DNA from: Candidatus Omnitrophota bacterium
Lineage (GTDB): Bacteria; Omnitrophota; Gorgyraeia; Zapsychrales; Zapsychraceae
Direction of reading: 5' to 3'
Assembly: GCA_015233495.1 (NCBI GenBank)
Contig: JADFXQ010000003.1
Location: 5,860 to 69,859, forward strand
DNA length: 64,000 bases
Shown: piece by piece, positions 1 to 9,504 of the stretch
Numbering within the stretch: the stretch's first letter is position 1
Layout: every line of letters begins with the position of its first letter
Made by a program: the position numbers and the translations under genes
The notes under the pieces: model-generated
What the model was told of the DNA's origin: nothing
The model's database searches: none
What the model saw: only the letters and a program-made list of their open reading frames with translations

Positions 1-360
1 CATGGCTTGCGCCAATTTTCCCAAAGCGATTTTCCCTTCCGGAATCAACACAATACACTTCAGACCGCAGCGCGCCGCATAAGCCGCGGCAGACGCGGAC
101 GTGTTTCCGGTAGAAGCGCACATTACAGCTTTGGTTCCCGCTTCCAAAGCCTTTGATATAGCCATGGTCATACCGCGGTCTTTAAAAGAACCCGTCGGGT
201 TAAGACCCTCATATTTTAAATAAACCTCCAACCCGATCCGATCGGATAAATATTTCGAAGGGATCAGCGGCGTGTTTCCTTCATGTAAAGTGACGACCGG
301 TGTTGTCTCGGCAACCGGCAAATATTGCCGATAGCGATGGATGATCCCCTGCCATTTCAT
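1..360 (-). CDS. thrC: Threonine synthase, N-terminal part (runs off the window edge)
   Basis: Manual translation gives [16 protein letters not shown]...TLHEGNTPL...[16 protein letters not shown]...[14 protein letters not shown] (PLP lysine motif). ATGA overlap with the hom stop. Not in the ORF track. Confidence 0.93.
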   Translation of the reverse strand, partial: MKWQGIIHRYRQYLPVAETTPVVTLHEGNTPLIPSKYLSDRIGLEVYLKYEGLNPTGSFKDRGMTMAISKALEAGTKAVMCASTGNTSASAAAYAARCGLKCIVLIPEGKIALGKLAQAM

Positions 361-1652
361 TGTAATTTCTCCATGCGGATCGCGACCGGCTTGCTTTTAA
401 TCACGGATAATTGCCGGATCTGCGTAAGCGCGACGCGTAATGATTTTTCCGTAGTGTAATCCGTAAGCATAATGACCGGTACCGCCTGAGCTTTGTTATG
501 GGCTTTTTGCGCCACCGAATTTATGCCGATCTGATGACGCCCGAGAATACCGGTGATTTTGGATAATACGCCCGGCTGGTCCATTGCCATAAAACGGATA
601 TAAAATTTGGATTCGATCGCATCGATAGTCCGATACTTCAACGTGTTATCATCGTCGAACAAATTGCATAACAATGGTCTATCCGCGGACCGGGTCGCTA
701 AATTCACCAAATCACTGACCACCCCCGAAGCTGCGGCCATCTGACCGGCGCCTTCTCCGGAGATCAGCACTTTACCCAAAGGATCCGCGTCAAGATAAAC
801 CGCGTTGTAAACCCCATTGATCAAAGCTAACGGATGGTCCTTCGGGATCAGCGTCGGATGAACTCGCGCCTCTAAATCACCCCCGCTTTTTTTCGCGATG
901 GTCAACAATTTGATGACCAGACCCAAACTTTCGGCGTGATCAATGTCATCATACGAGATGTCGGTTATGCCCTCCGTGTAAATCTGTTTTACGGGTAAAA
1001 ATTTGCCAAACGCCAACGCCGTTAATACCGCTAATTTATGCGCGGAATCTCCGCCGCTAATATCCAAAGTCGGGTCGGCTTCCGCGAATCCATTTTTCTG
1101 GGCTAATTGCAAAGCGTCGGCAAATGACAAATGATTGCGGGTCATTTCGCTCAAAATAAAATTACACGTGCCATTAACAATCCCATAAATCGCGTTAAAA
1201 GTATTTCCCGCCAAACCTTCGGATATCGGCCGGATGACCGGGACCCCGGCTAAAACCGAAGTCTCAAAATAAATCGATCGCTGATTTTTCTGGGCACGCT
1301 CAAATAGGGCTTGGCCAAAATGCGCGATCAACGCCTTATTTGCGGTGATCACGTGTTTGCCCTGGTCGAGCGCGGCCTCAACAAATTCTTTTGCCGGATG
1401 CAAACCGCCGATTAACTCCACAACCACGTCAATATCTTCGGCCTGGATGATTTCGGAAGCATCGGTGGTTAACCGGGTTTTCATGCCGGGGATCAACGGA
1501 CGCTTGTCTTTAAACCGCAAATCGCAAATCGCCTTAACCTCAAACACGACCCCATATTTTTCCCGGAAATAAGCCCGTCGCGAACCGAGCATTTTAATTA
1601 CCCCCGATCCGACAATGCCATAACCCAATAAACCAATGTTTATTTTATTCAT
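357..1652 (-). CDS. hom: Homoserine dehydrogenase with C-terminal ACT domain
   Basis: [35 protein letters not shown] motifs and ACT DQPGVL. Start MNKINIG at 1652. Confidence 0.95.
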   Translation of the reverse strand: MNKINIGLLGYGIVGSGVIKMLGSRRAYFREKYGVVFEVKAICDLRFKDKRPLIPGMKTRLTTDASEIIQAEDIDVVVELIGGLHPAKEFVEAALDQGKHVITANKALIAHFGQALFERAQKNQRSIYFETSVLAGVPVIRPISEGLAGNTFNAIYGIVNGTCNFILSEMTRNHLSFADALQLAQKNGFAEADPTLDISGGDSAHKLAVLTALAFGKFLPVKQIYTEGITDISYDDIDHAESLGLVIKLLTIAKKSGGDLEARVHPTLIPKDHPLALINGVYNAVYLDADPLGKVLISGEGAGQMAAASGVVSDLVNLATRSADRPLLCNLFDDDNTLKYRTIDAIESKFYIRFMAMDQPGVLSKITGILGRHQIGINSVAQKAHNKAQAVPVIMLTDYTTEKSLRVALTQIRQLSVIKSKPVAIRMEKLQ

Positions 1653-2013
1653 AGCGCTTTTTCCCTTCATTGAGGAAAAATTCAATCAATTGAGTCAAGA
1701 TAACCTCTGTCTCCGGCTTAAGACCCGAAAACGCCAAACGCGTCTCATAAAGCATGCCTTTGACTTTCGGGTGGGACTCGAGAACATGCCCGGTTAAATA
1801 GGTTTTATCCGCAACGTACGGCGTTTTGAGGTCTACACCCAATTGAACGCCGGGAGTCAAATCCTGGCTGGAAACAAAACAAATGCCCCCCAAACTGATA
1901 TTTTTTAACTGCGTGATCTCAAATTTACGGCTCGGGTCATCCAAAAGGCAATAGGACAAAATGAAAGTTTTTTTAACTCGCGCATATCGTCGACGATCCG
2001 TTTGATTTTCCAT
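1645..2013 (-). CDS. Stand-alone PilZ domain protein (c-di-GMP receptor)
   Basis: RRRYAR (RxxxR) and NISLGG (D/NxSxxG) motifs. GGGAGG RBS before the ATG at 2013. Confidence 0.85.
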   Translation of the reverse strand: MENQTDRRRYARVKKTFILSYCLLDDPSRKFEITQLKNISLGGICFVSSQDLTPGVQLGVDLKTPYVADKTYLTGHVLESHPKVKGMLYETRLAFSGLKPETEVILTQLIEFFLNEGKKRYE

Positions 2014-2150
2014 GCGACCCTCCCTGATTTCATGTCTCGGGACACCCATTTAATTTAATTTTATGATTGGGCGCCTCATTGCTTTCCAAAATGTGCCCAG
2101 ACGCTGACCTTGCCTGTCCCCGTAAGGGGATGTCGGCCCGTTACGCCGGG

Positions 2151-2178
2151 CGGACACCTGCCGGCCGGCAGGTGTCCG
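2151..2178. repeat. 28-bp perfect palindrome (REP-like)
   Basis: cggacacctgccgg|ccggcaggtgtccg is self-complementary. Confidence 0.85.
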
Positions 2179-2192
2179 TTCCTAAGCATAAA

Positions 2193-2266
2193 TCGGAGCG
2201 GTGAGATTTGAACCCACGACCTCTTGAACCCCATTCAAGTGCGCTAGCCAACTGCGCTACGCTCCG
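2193..2266 (-). tRNA. tRNA-Pro(GGG)
   Basis: Reverse complement CGGAGCGTAGCGCAGTTGGCTAGCGCACTTGA-ATGGGGT-TCAAGAGGTCGTGGGTTCAAATCTCACCGCTCCGA. No encoded CCA. Confidence 0.95.
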
Positions 2267-2302
2267 CAAAATCTTCCTTACAAATAGGCAAAATGGTATG
2301 TA

Positions 2303-2331
2303 ATTATATAAAAAAAGGGATCAAAGATCAA
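2303..2331 (-). promoter_or_regulatory. Sigma70-type promoter for tRNA-Pro
   Basis: TTGATC-17bp-TATAAT on the minus strand. Confidence 0.6.
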
Positions 2332-2342
2332 GAAGGATTGCT

Positions 2343-3353
2343 TTATTCCGCCTTCATTTTCCGGGTCATCAAAGCGGCTACCGCGGCAAGGGGACTTTTC
2401 TTGCGGTAGATGATCCGATACATTTCAGTGGTAATGGGCATATCAATTTTAAGTTTTTGGCTGAGGGGGTACACGGCTTTCACCGTTTCCACACCTTCGG
2501 CCACCATCTTCATGGACGATAAAATGTCTTGGATTTTCCGTCCTTGACCTAATTGTTCTCCAACGGTTCGGTTGCGGCTTTGCGGATTAAAGGCCGTAGT
2601 TATCAAATCTCCCAAACCGCTTAACCCGGAAAACGTATTGGATTTTGCGCCAAAAGCCTTACCCAGACGAATCATTTCGGGCAAGGCCCGCGTCATTAAC
2701 GCCGCTTTAGTATTGGTGCCAAATCCCAAACCATCGCAAACCCCGCATGCCAACGCCATTACATTCTTCAAACTCCCGCCCAACTCAACGCCGATAACAT
2801 CGGTATTGGTATAAACCCGAAAATATTCCGAATTGAAAACCGCTTGCACGGTTTGAGCCGCGCTGCTTTGCCTGCTGGCCGCCACCGCCGTAGAGGGAAT
2901 TTCGCGGACAACCTCACCGGCGATATTCGGCCCGGATAAAACAACAATCCGCGCCGGTCCCAATTCTTTTTCAATCAAACGCGAAATCGGCAGCAAATTT
3001 TTCGTGTCAATCCCTTTGGTAACACTGATGAAAATCTTTTTTGAAAATTCGACTTTCGTGGCGGCCATTTTGCGCAAAACAGCGTGCGCGAACCGAGAAG
3101 GAATCGCGAAAACAATCATCTGCGCAGTTGTCAACGCCATGGCAAGATCTGCTTCAATAAGAATATTTTCCGGCAATCGAATCCCCGGAAGAAAACGGCT
3201 GTTAATCCGGGTCGCCTGCATTTCCTTTAACGCGGCGGGAAACGGCCCCCACAAACGCAGCCGGCAGCCCTTTTTTGCCAAATGCACCGCAAGAGTTGTT
3301 CCCCATCCGCCATCACCAATGACCGAAATATTTTTGCTGTCCCGATTGTTCAT
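2343..3353 (-). CDS. gpsA: NAD(P)H-dependent glycerol-3-phosphate dehydrogenase
   Basis: GDGGWGTTLA, LSGPN, GVELGGSLKNV, GLGDL, SRN motifs. Confidence 0.96.
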   Translation of the reverse strand: MNNRDSKNISVIGDGGWGTTLAVHLAKKGCRLRLWGPFPAALKEMQATRINSRFLPGIRLPENILIEADLAMALTTAQMIVFAIPSRFAHAVLRKMAATKVEFSKKIFISVTKGIDTKNLLPISRLIEKELGPARIVVLSGPNIAGEVVREIPSTAVAASRQSSAAQTVQAVFNSEYFRVYTNTDVIGVELGGSLKNVMALACGVCDGLGFGTNTKAALMTRALPEMIRLGKAFGAKSNTFSGLSGLGDLITTAFNPQSRNRTVGEQLGQGRKIQDILSSMKMVAEGVETVKAVYPLSQKLKIDMPITTEMYRIIYRKKSPLAAVAALMTRKMKAE

Positions 3354-3356
3354 ATA

Positions 3357-4061
3357 TCATTTCCAATAAATGATTTCCCGAAAAACCTGCCACATATAAG
3401 CCGCGCCCCATTTCCAAACTTGCAACTTGCGTTCTCCGCCTTCGCGCGCGGGTTCATCACCGGGAATTTCCGCGATTTTCAAACCCCGCTTAGCCGCGCG
3501 GATCGACAATAACGGTTCCCAGCTGATGCGCGTCTTGAATAATTTTTCTTCAAAAGCATAACTGGCTTCTTGATCCAAACCCAATTCTTTAACCAGATCC
3601 GTCCGGTAAATTCGATAAATCACCATCGCGTCGGTGTACCTTTGCCCGTGGATCAAACTGATCAGCGTCGAAAAAAGCCAATTGCCAAACGCAGTGATCG
3701 CATCGTCGTCATAACTTTTGGCGCCCGGAGCGTAACGCGACACAATCACCATATCATAACCCTCTTTAATCTTGGCGATCGCTACCGGGATCAGTTCGGG
3801 AATCGAATTTCCATCCGGGCTGAACGACAAAACATAATCGCCTTTAATATGCGGCCAGGCTTCCATATATCCCTGACGCAAACCTTTTTTTTGCTGGATA
3901 ACCACGTCATATCCCTGTTGCCGGGCGTATTCCGCGGTGCCATCGGTCGACTGCCCATCTAAAACCAAAATTTGATCTGCCCAGGAGCGGTCTACCCGCG
4001 GCATAATGGTTTTCATACCGTCGATTTCATTCAACGTTGGAATAAAAAGGGTCACTTTCAT
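3357..4061 (-). CDS. GT2 glycosyltransferase, DPM1/polyprenol-phosphate-sugar synthase-like
   Basis: IPTLNE, VLDGQSTDGT, SRY, REGGERK. Start could be as far up as 4106. Confidence 0.8.
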   Translation of the reverse strand: MKVTLFIPTLNEIDGMKTIMPRVDRSWADQILVLDGQSTDGTAEYARQQGYDVVIQQKKGLRQGYMEAWPHIKGDYVLSFSPDGNSIPELIPVAIAKIKEGYDMVIVSRYAPGAKSYDDDAITAFGNWLFSTLISLIHGQRYTDAMVIYRIYRTDLVKELGLDQEASYAFEEKLFKTRISWEPLLSIRAAKRGLKIAEIPGDEPAREGGERKLQVWKWGAAYMWQVFREIIYWK

Positions 4062-4191
4062 AGGGTTTCCGATCTCCTTATGATTATTTTCCGGCAGTGC
4101 CGCCATGAGACACCCTGGCTACGGCCGTTTAAGAACGTATCAAATATGATTTATCGACCATCTTTTGTCAACAGTTTATTAAAAAACCTCC

Positions 4192-4220
4192 TTTACACAA
4201 AATTTAAAATGTGGTATAAG
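4192..4220 (+). promoter_or_regulatory. Sigma70-type promoter of the tRNA cluster
   Basis: TTTACA-17bp-TATAAG with TG extension. Confidence 0.55.
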
Positions 4221-4344
4221 TTACTTCCTTTAGAGTAGTCTTGAAATTCAAAATTCGAGATTGGATCGCAATCGAACCGGGCGCTTTTCAAATTTCGAAT
4301 CTCAAATATCGATTGCTCTATGAATTTTGCGCAGCAAAATTCCT

Positions 4345-4417
4345 GCTGGCGTAGCTCAGTTGGTAGAGCAGCTGACTTGTAATCAGCGGGTCGGGGGTTC
4401 AACTCCTCTCGCCAGCT
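4345..4417 (+). tRNA. tRNA-Thr(TGT)
   Basis: GCTGGCGTAGCTCAGTTGGTAGAGCAGCTGA-CTTGTAA-TCAGCGGGTCGGGGGTTCAACTCCTCTCGCCAGCT. Confidence 0.96.
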
Positions 4418-4655
4418 TAAAATAAATTTAGTTACCCCCGACCCAAGGGGGTATGGGGGATTCATCCCCCATGATTTTGGGGTGACAGGGAGCAAAGCGA
4501 CCGCCAGAGGGGCAGAGCCCCTATGGGGAGGAGCGCGCCAGAGCGAGCGACGACCGGTCGGGGGTTCAACTCCTCTCCCCAGCTTAAAATAAATTTAGTT
4601 ACCCCCGACCCAAGGGGGTATGGGGGATTCATCCCCCATGATTTTGGGGTGACAG
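4389..4655 (+). repeat. 100-bp direct repeat (4389-4488 and 4556-4655) containing the tRNA-Thr 3' end plus a downstream stem-loop
   Basis: Copies are identical except G4411/C4578. Period 167 bp. Confidence 0.95.
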
Positions 4656-4673
4656 TGTTTTTTCAAATTTCTT

Positions 4674-4756
4674 GGGTAGGTACTCAAGTGGCCAAAGAGG
4701 ACAGACTGTAAATCTGTTGCGCTTGCGCTTCGGAGGTTCGAATCCTCCCCTGCCCA
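4674..4756 (+). tRNA. tRNA-Tyr(GTA)
   Basis: GGGTAGG...ACAGA-CTGTAAA-TCTGT, long variable arm, GGAGGTTCGAATCCTCC. Confidence 0.95.
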
Positions 4757-4809
4757 TTAAATTTAAAATATGGTAACGGAAGGATTCGAACCTCCTTTCA
4801 AATTTTTTC

Positions 4810-4880
4810 GCGAGAGTAGTTCAGTGGCAGAACACGAGCCTTCCAAGCTTGAAACGACGGTTCGATTCCGTTCTCTCGCT
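4810..4880 (+). tRNA. tRNA-Gly(TCC)
   Basis: GCGAGAG...CGAGC-CTTCCAA-GCTTG...GGTTCGATTCC...CTCTCGCT. Confidence 0.93.
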
Positions 4881-4935
4881 CTTTAAAATAATCGAAATCC
4901 TCTGTCTTCCCGCGCGAACCGATCCTAAGACCGCT

Positions 4936-6597
4936 ATGTTGACGCATTTAACTATTCACAATTTCGGACTGATTGATCAAGTAAATTTCGAATTTGATTC
5001 CCATCTTAATATCCTTACCGGTGAAACCGGCGCCGGCAAATCCATTATTATTGACGCTCTAAGAATTGTTTTAGGCGAAAGATTATCGGCTTCCCAAATC
5101 CGCGATGCGGCCAAGCCTTGCTTTATTGAAGCCGTGTTTGAATTAAATTTAAAACAATTTGAACCTCTCGCCGCTTTTGAAGATTTTTTGACCGAAGGAG
5201 CTTCGCTGATTATTCAACGCACCTTTGCCAGCGACGGAAAAAATAAAATTAAAATCAACGGGCTTTCCGCCACAGTCAGCCAATTGAAAGAAATCGGCGA
5301 TCATTTGATCGATTTCCACGGCCCGCACGACCATCAATTACTCTTGGCTGAAAGTCAGCATATCCGCATACTGGATCGGATGATTGATTTTAAGGAAACC
5401 CTCCCGGTTTATACCCGGCAGTTTTCCACCCACGAAAAAATCAAACAACAATTAGCCGCGCTTAAGGAACTATCCCATTCCAGCGCCCGGGAAAAAGATT
5501 TTCTCGAGCATCAGGTCAAAGAACTCAGTCAAGTCCCTCTGGAAGCATCCGTGTTTGAATCCTTGAAACAAGAACGCTCCAAAATAAATAATGTGGAACG
5601 TTTGAGTGCTTGCCTCCACGAAATATTCGGGCTGTTCGATAACGAAGAAACCAGCCCGGCAGAAATCATCCGCCAGATATTCCGGCCTTTACGGCAATTG
5701 AATGAAATCGATCCCTCCACGTCCGGGCTGGCGGGTTTGCTCGACCAGAGCCAAAACGTTCTCAGTCAGTTCAGCGATGAAATTCATAGCTACAGCGAGC
5801 ATCTGTACTTTGATCCGCAAACTGCCCAAACCATCAACGATCAATACGACATTTACGAAAATATTTTAAAAAAATACGGCCCGACCTTTGCGCAGGCGCA
5901 AAAATTATTCGCGGAAGTCCGTCAAAAATTCGACCTCTTGAATAATTTGGAGCACAATGATCAAGACTTGCAACTCCAACTGCTTGCCGCAGAAGAAACT
6001 CTAAAAAAATCTTCTCAAGAATTGACTAAAAAACGCCGCAAAGCCGCGGACCAATTGAAATCCACCATTGAAAAAGAACTCAGTGAACTCGGAATCCCGC
6101 ACGTCCGTTTTGACGTAAAAATCGAAAAAACCGAATTTCACAATCAAGGAGCAGACCGCGTAATATTTTACATCAGCCCGAACGCCGGCGAAGACCTAAA
6201 ACCTTTAGCCGACATCGTATCTTCCGGTGAAGCGGCTCGGGTCATGCTGGCCTTGAAAAAAGCGCTGATCAAAGTCGACCCCATTCCCGTGCTTATTTTC
6301 GATGAAATCGACGCCCAGATCGGCGGCAGGCTGGGCTCTATTACCGGAGCTAAATTACGCGAAATCGCCCAAGTCCGGCAAGTCATTTTAATCACCCATC
6401 TACCCCAAATCGCCGCTTTTGCTGACATCCACCTCAAAGTAGTGAAATCCGTGGAAAAGGGCCGCGCTCTCACCCGGGTAGATTCCTTAGATAAAACCGC
6501 ACGGATAAATGAACTCGCCAAAATGATGAGCGGCGAAAAACAAACCGAAATCGCGGTCAAACACGCGCAAGATCTTCTAAAACGCGCAAAAGGTTAA
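4936..6597 (+). CDS. recN: DNA repair protein RecN
   Basis: LTGETGAGKS Walker A, SSGE signature, IFDEID, ITHLPQ. True start MLTHLTI at 4936; the ORF-track start lies inside tRNA-Gly. Confidence 0.95.
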   Translation: MLTHLTIHNFGLIDQVNFEFDSHLNILTGETGAGKSIIIDALRIVLGERLSASQIRDAAKPCFIEAVFELNLKQFEPLAAFEDFLTEGASLIIQRTFASDGKNKIKINGLSATVSQLKEIGDHLIDFHGPHDHQLLLAESQHIRILDRMIDFKETLPVYTRQFSTHEKIKQQLAALKELSHSSAREKDFLEHQVKELSQVPLEASVFESLKQERSKINNVERLSACLHEIFGLFDNEETSPAEIIRQIFRPLRQLNEIDPSTSGLAGLLDQSQNVLSQFSDEIHSYSEHLYFDPQTAQTINDQYDIYENILKKYGPTFAQAQKLFAEVRQKFDLLNNLEHNDQDLQLQLLAAEETLKKSSQELTKKRRKAADQLKSTIEKELSELGIPHVRFDVKIEKTEFHNQGADRVIFYISPNAGEDLKPLADIVSSGEAARVMLALKKALIKVDPIPVLIFDEIDAQIGGRLGSITGAKLREIAQVRQVILITHLPQIAAFADIHLKVVKSVEKGRALTRVDSLDKTARINELAKMMSGEKQTEIAVKHAQDLLKRAKG

Positions 6598-6727
6598 AGA
6601 ATGGATTGATTTTTGCTTTTTGTGTGTTAAGTTAATCCATAAAGATTAAATTATTTTGTTTAAGCCAAAGCCTTGGTTTCGCAGCAGCGCAACCGACGCT
6701 TTAAAGAAAACTATTAAAGGAGCTAAC

Positions 6728-7942
6728 ATGAAAAAAATCGGGATTATCACCAGCGGCGGAGATTGCGGCGGTTTAAACGCGGTCATCAAAGGCGCGGCGC
6801 AAATGGCGCATTCCTACGGAGCGGCCTGTTACGTGATCCCCAATGGTTATGCCGGCCTTTACAATTTGCTGGAATTTGATTCCTTGGTGGAATTGACTGC
6901 AGACCGTATCGACTCGGTCAACGCCAATGCCGCTGGCTCCGAAGCCGGACATTCGCGGGTCAAGGTCAAGAACATCAAAGACGAAAAAAAATACGACCGC
7001 ATAAAACAAGGCTTGAATAAATTCGGCATTGAAGGCTTAGTCATCAGCGGCGGAGACGATTCCGGAAGCGTTATGGTCGACTTATCCGAAAACGGAATCA
7101 AATGCATCCATGCCCCCAAAACCATGGACCTCGATCTGCAAACCTATTCCGTCGGATTTGATTCAACGGTCAACCGCATCGCGACTTTTGCCGAAGATAT
7201 TAAAACCACCGGCCGAACCCATAACCGGATTATTGTCATGGAAGTGTTCGGCCGTTACGCCGGACACACCGCGTTTCGCGCCGGGATCGCCGCGGACGCG
7301 GACGCCATCCTTATACCCGAAATCCCGGTGGATTTTGACGCGCTCTACGAACATTGCAAAAAAATCTATACCCGCCGGGTAATGACCAGCGACGTGCGCG
7401 CCGGCACCTACCTCATTCTGGTAGCTGAAGGTTTACGCAACGCTAACGGCGAAGAACTATATGACGAGGCTGCCGGAATAGACGCCTTTGGCCATAAAAA
7501 ATTGGCGGGCGCCGGTATTTACGTGCAAAACGAATTGTCAAAACGGTTTAAAAACGATCCCACGATCAAGGCTTTCATGCAAGAATCAAAAATGTATGTC
7601 GAAGGGATTTATGAAAAACCGGAAGTCCGCACTGTAACCCCTGGACATTTGGTGCGTTGCGGACGGTCTTCGGTTTATGACGTGAATTTCGGCAAGGAAG
7701 CCGGCGCGGGCGCCGTGGTGCTTTTGCAAAGCGGGTTAAGCGGATTTACAGTCACCGGTTTCAGCCAAGGAAAAATCGGTTATATCCCGGCAAAAGAAGC
7801 GATTAAACAAAGACACGTGGAAGCGGAAACCGCGGCCTATTACGAAAAAATGGGCGTCTGTTTCGGCCGCAAACCGCCGCAAGTCGCGGCGCCGGGCTTT
7901 GCGCAAAAAACCGGTCAAATCGAAAGATACTTGAGCATATAG
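6728..7942 (+). CDS. pfp: Phosphofructokinase, probably PPi-dependent
   Basis: TSGGDCGGLN, GGDDS and PKTMD. The Asp and Lys at these positions are the established PPi-PFK signature. AAAGGAG RBS. Confidence 0.8.
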   Translation: MKKIGIITSGGDCGGLNAVIKGAAQMAHSYGAACYVIPNGYAGLYNLLEFDSLVELTADRIDSVNANAAGSEAGHSRVKVKNIKDEKKYDRIKQGLNKFGIEGLVISGGDDSGSVMVDLSENGIKCIHAPKTMDLDLQTYSVGFDSTVNRIATFAEDIKTTGRTHNRIIVMEVFGRYAGHTAFRAGIAADADAILIPEIPVDFDALYEHCKKIYTRRVMTSDVRAGTYLILVAEGLRNANGEELYDEAAGIDAFGHKKLAGAGIYVQNELSKRFKNDPTIKAFMQESKMYVEGIYEKPEVRTVTPGHLVRCGRSSVYDVNFGKEAGAGAVVLLQSGLSGFTVTGFSQGKIGYIPAKEAIKQRHVEAETAAYYEKMGVCFGRKPPQVAAPGFAQKTGQIERYLSI

Positions 7943-7953
7943 GTTATTAAATC

Positions 7954-8913
7954 ATGCAAAAAAGACTCTTTGTCGGAATTGACGTCGGCGGGACCAAAAT
8001 CGCCGCGGGTCTGGTTACTCCCGCCGGTAAAATTTTGGCCCGGGCCAAAACCGCGACGCCCCCTCGGTCAACCGCAGCCCAAGTCATCCGCTGCGTTGAT
8101 CTTCTCCTGAAAGAAATGTTCGCCTCCAGCGGTATGCAGCTTAAGAATCTCTCCGGTATCGGCATCGGCATCCCCGGAATCATGGACGCGCAAGGCAAGG
8201 TAATCCGCACGCCAAATATGCGCTTGACAGGCGCGCCGCTCGCTAAACTTTTAGCCGCAAAATTCAAAGTCAAAATTGCCTTAGGCAATGACGCCAACCT
8301 GGGCGCGCTAGGCGAAAAATGGCTGGGCGCCGCCCGGGAAGCCAAAAACATCGTCGGAATATTTGCCGGGACAGGTATTGGGGCCGGGGTCATTATCGAT
8401 AATCGTCTCTTTACCGGAAGCCATGGCGCGGGAGCCGAGTTGGGCCATATGATCATCCGCGACCAAGGCCCAAAATGCGGCTGCGGAAATCAGGGATGCT
8501 TAGAATCTTTAACCGGCCGCTGGGCGATGGAAAGAGATATCAAAAAATCGCTGGCTGCAGGAAAAACCACCCGGGTAAAAAAATTGAGTCATCGCAAAAA
8601 TCAACCCATTAAAAGCGGCATCCTCCGTGAAGCAATCGCCAAAAAAGACCCTTTAGTCTTAAAAATCATGGCCGAAGCCTCCCGTCAGTTAGGTATCGCC
8701 TGCATCTCAGTGCGGCATATTTTTGACCCGGAAATGATTGTTTTAGGCGGGGGCGTTATCGAAGCTTGCGGCCATTTCATTCTGCCGATAGTCAACAAAA
8801 CTTTCCAAAAAAATAAATTCTTTTCCGGAATCGGCCGCTGCGATATTGTCGCGTCCAAACTGGGAGACGACGCGATTATTTTAGGGGCAGTTTATTTGGT
8901 GCGTCAATCCTGA
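7954..8913 (+). CDS. ROK family sugar kinase (glucokinase-like)
   Basis: GIDVGGTK, NDAN, GTGIG, ELGH, CGCGNQGCLE. Confidence 0.9.
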   Translation: MQKRLFVGIDVGGTKIAAGLVTPAGKILARAKTATPPRSTAAQVIRCVDLLLKEMFASSGMQLKNLSGIGIGIPGIMDAQGKVIRTPNMRLTGAPLAKLLAAKFKVKIALGNDANLGALGEKWLGAAREAKNIVGIFAGTGIGAGVIIDNRLFTGSHGAGAELGHMIIRDQGPKCGCGNQGCLESLTGRWAMERDIKKSLAAGKTTRVKKLSHRKNQPIKSGILREAIAKKDPLVLKIMAEASRQLGIACISVRHIFDPEMIVLGGGVIEACGHFILPIVNKTFQKNKFFSGIGRCDIVASKLGDDAIILGAVYLVRQS

Positions 8914-9504
8914 CGGAGCTGAAAAGCGCAAATTTTTTTGGAAAACCACTTTCAGCATATCAGACTTTTCTTTCCCTATTTTCACATCGATTTGAGCGAC
9001 TCTCTTCCCTTTTATCTCCAGGTCAATCCGCTTGGCAGTGACGCCGCAAACAATTTGTTCTACAGACGACAGGTGCGTCCGATCCAACCCGTCCGCCAAC
9101 CTTAAAAACGCGGCGAGCCTAGTGACAACGTCGCGAGACTTTGGATCCAATTCGGCAAAATATTTATGCGAAGACTTGGGTAAACTTTTGCGGTGATAAC
9201 GGGCAATTAGCCCGATGATCACGCGGTCTTTCCGGGGCAACGGCAGTTTGCGGGATCGGATGATCAACGCGCAAGACGTCTTATGATGTTTTTGCTGACC
9301 CCGCGTCCAACCGATATCATGCAAAATTGCCGCGGCGGCCAACCACTGTCGATGCTTTGTTTCTAACCGGTGCAGTGCTTTAAGCTGATCAAAAAGACTT
9401 AAAGCCAAATCCGCAACATGGCTGCAGTGTTTTTCCTCATAACGATAATCGCGGCCTAAGGCAATCGCCGCGGAGGCTAAATGATTTTCTGGATGTTTTG
9501 CCAT
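8881..9504 (-). CDS. Stand-alone HD-domain protein (Ppx/GppA C-terminal type)
   Basis: HCSHV...LHDIG...HHKTS...RYHRK...LADGLDRTH. Confidence 0.85.
   Translation of the reverse strand: MAKHPENHLASAAIALGRDYRYEEKHCSHVADLALSLFDQLKALHRLETKHRQWLAAAAILHDIGWTRGQQKHHKTSCALIIRSRKLPLPRKDRVIIGLIARYHRKSLPKSSHKYFAELDPKSRDVVTRLAAFLRLADGLDRTHLSSVEQIVCGVTAKRIDLEIKGKRVAQIDVKIGKEKSDMLKVVFQKNLRFSAPSGLTHQINCP

Noticed and set aside
2060-2110. c-di-GMP-I or ZTP riboswitch upstream of the PilZ gene (GGCACA..GAAA..GGCGC; CGTCTGGGCA)
   Set aside because: The GAAA stem pairs poorly, the second c-di-GMP-I stem is missing, and there is no ZTP 5' pseudoknot partner.
4243-4315. Degenerate 7-mer-like inverted repeats (aattcaa/aattcga versus tttcgaa/tctcaaa) in the tRNA leader
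   Set aside because: Too short and degenerate to call by eye.
4389-4655. Possible CRISPR array
   Set aside because: Only two 100-bp copies, derived from a tRNA end, and no cas genes.
4193-4711. ORFs 4193..4495 and 4523..4711
   Set aside because: Shadow translations of tRNA genes and the repeat.
4849-4935. N-terminal extension of RecN in the ORF track
   Set aside because: Overlaps tRNA-Gly; the family-typical start is at 4936.
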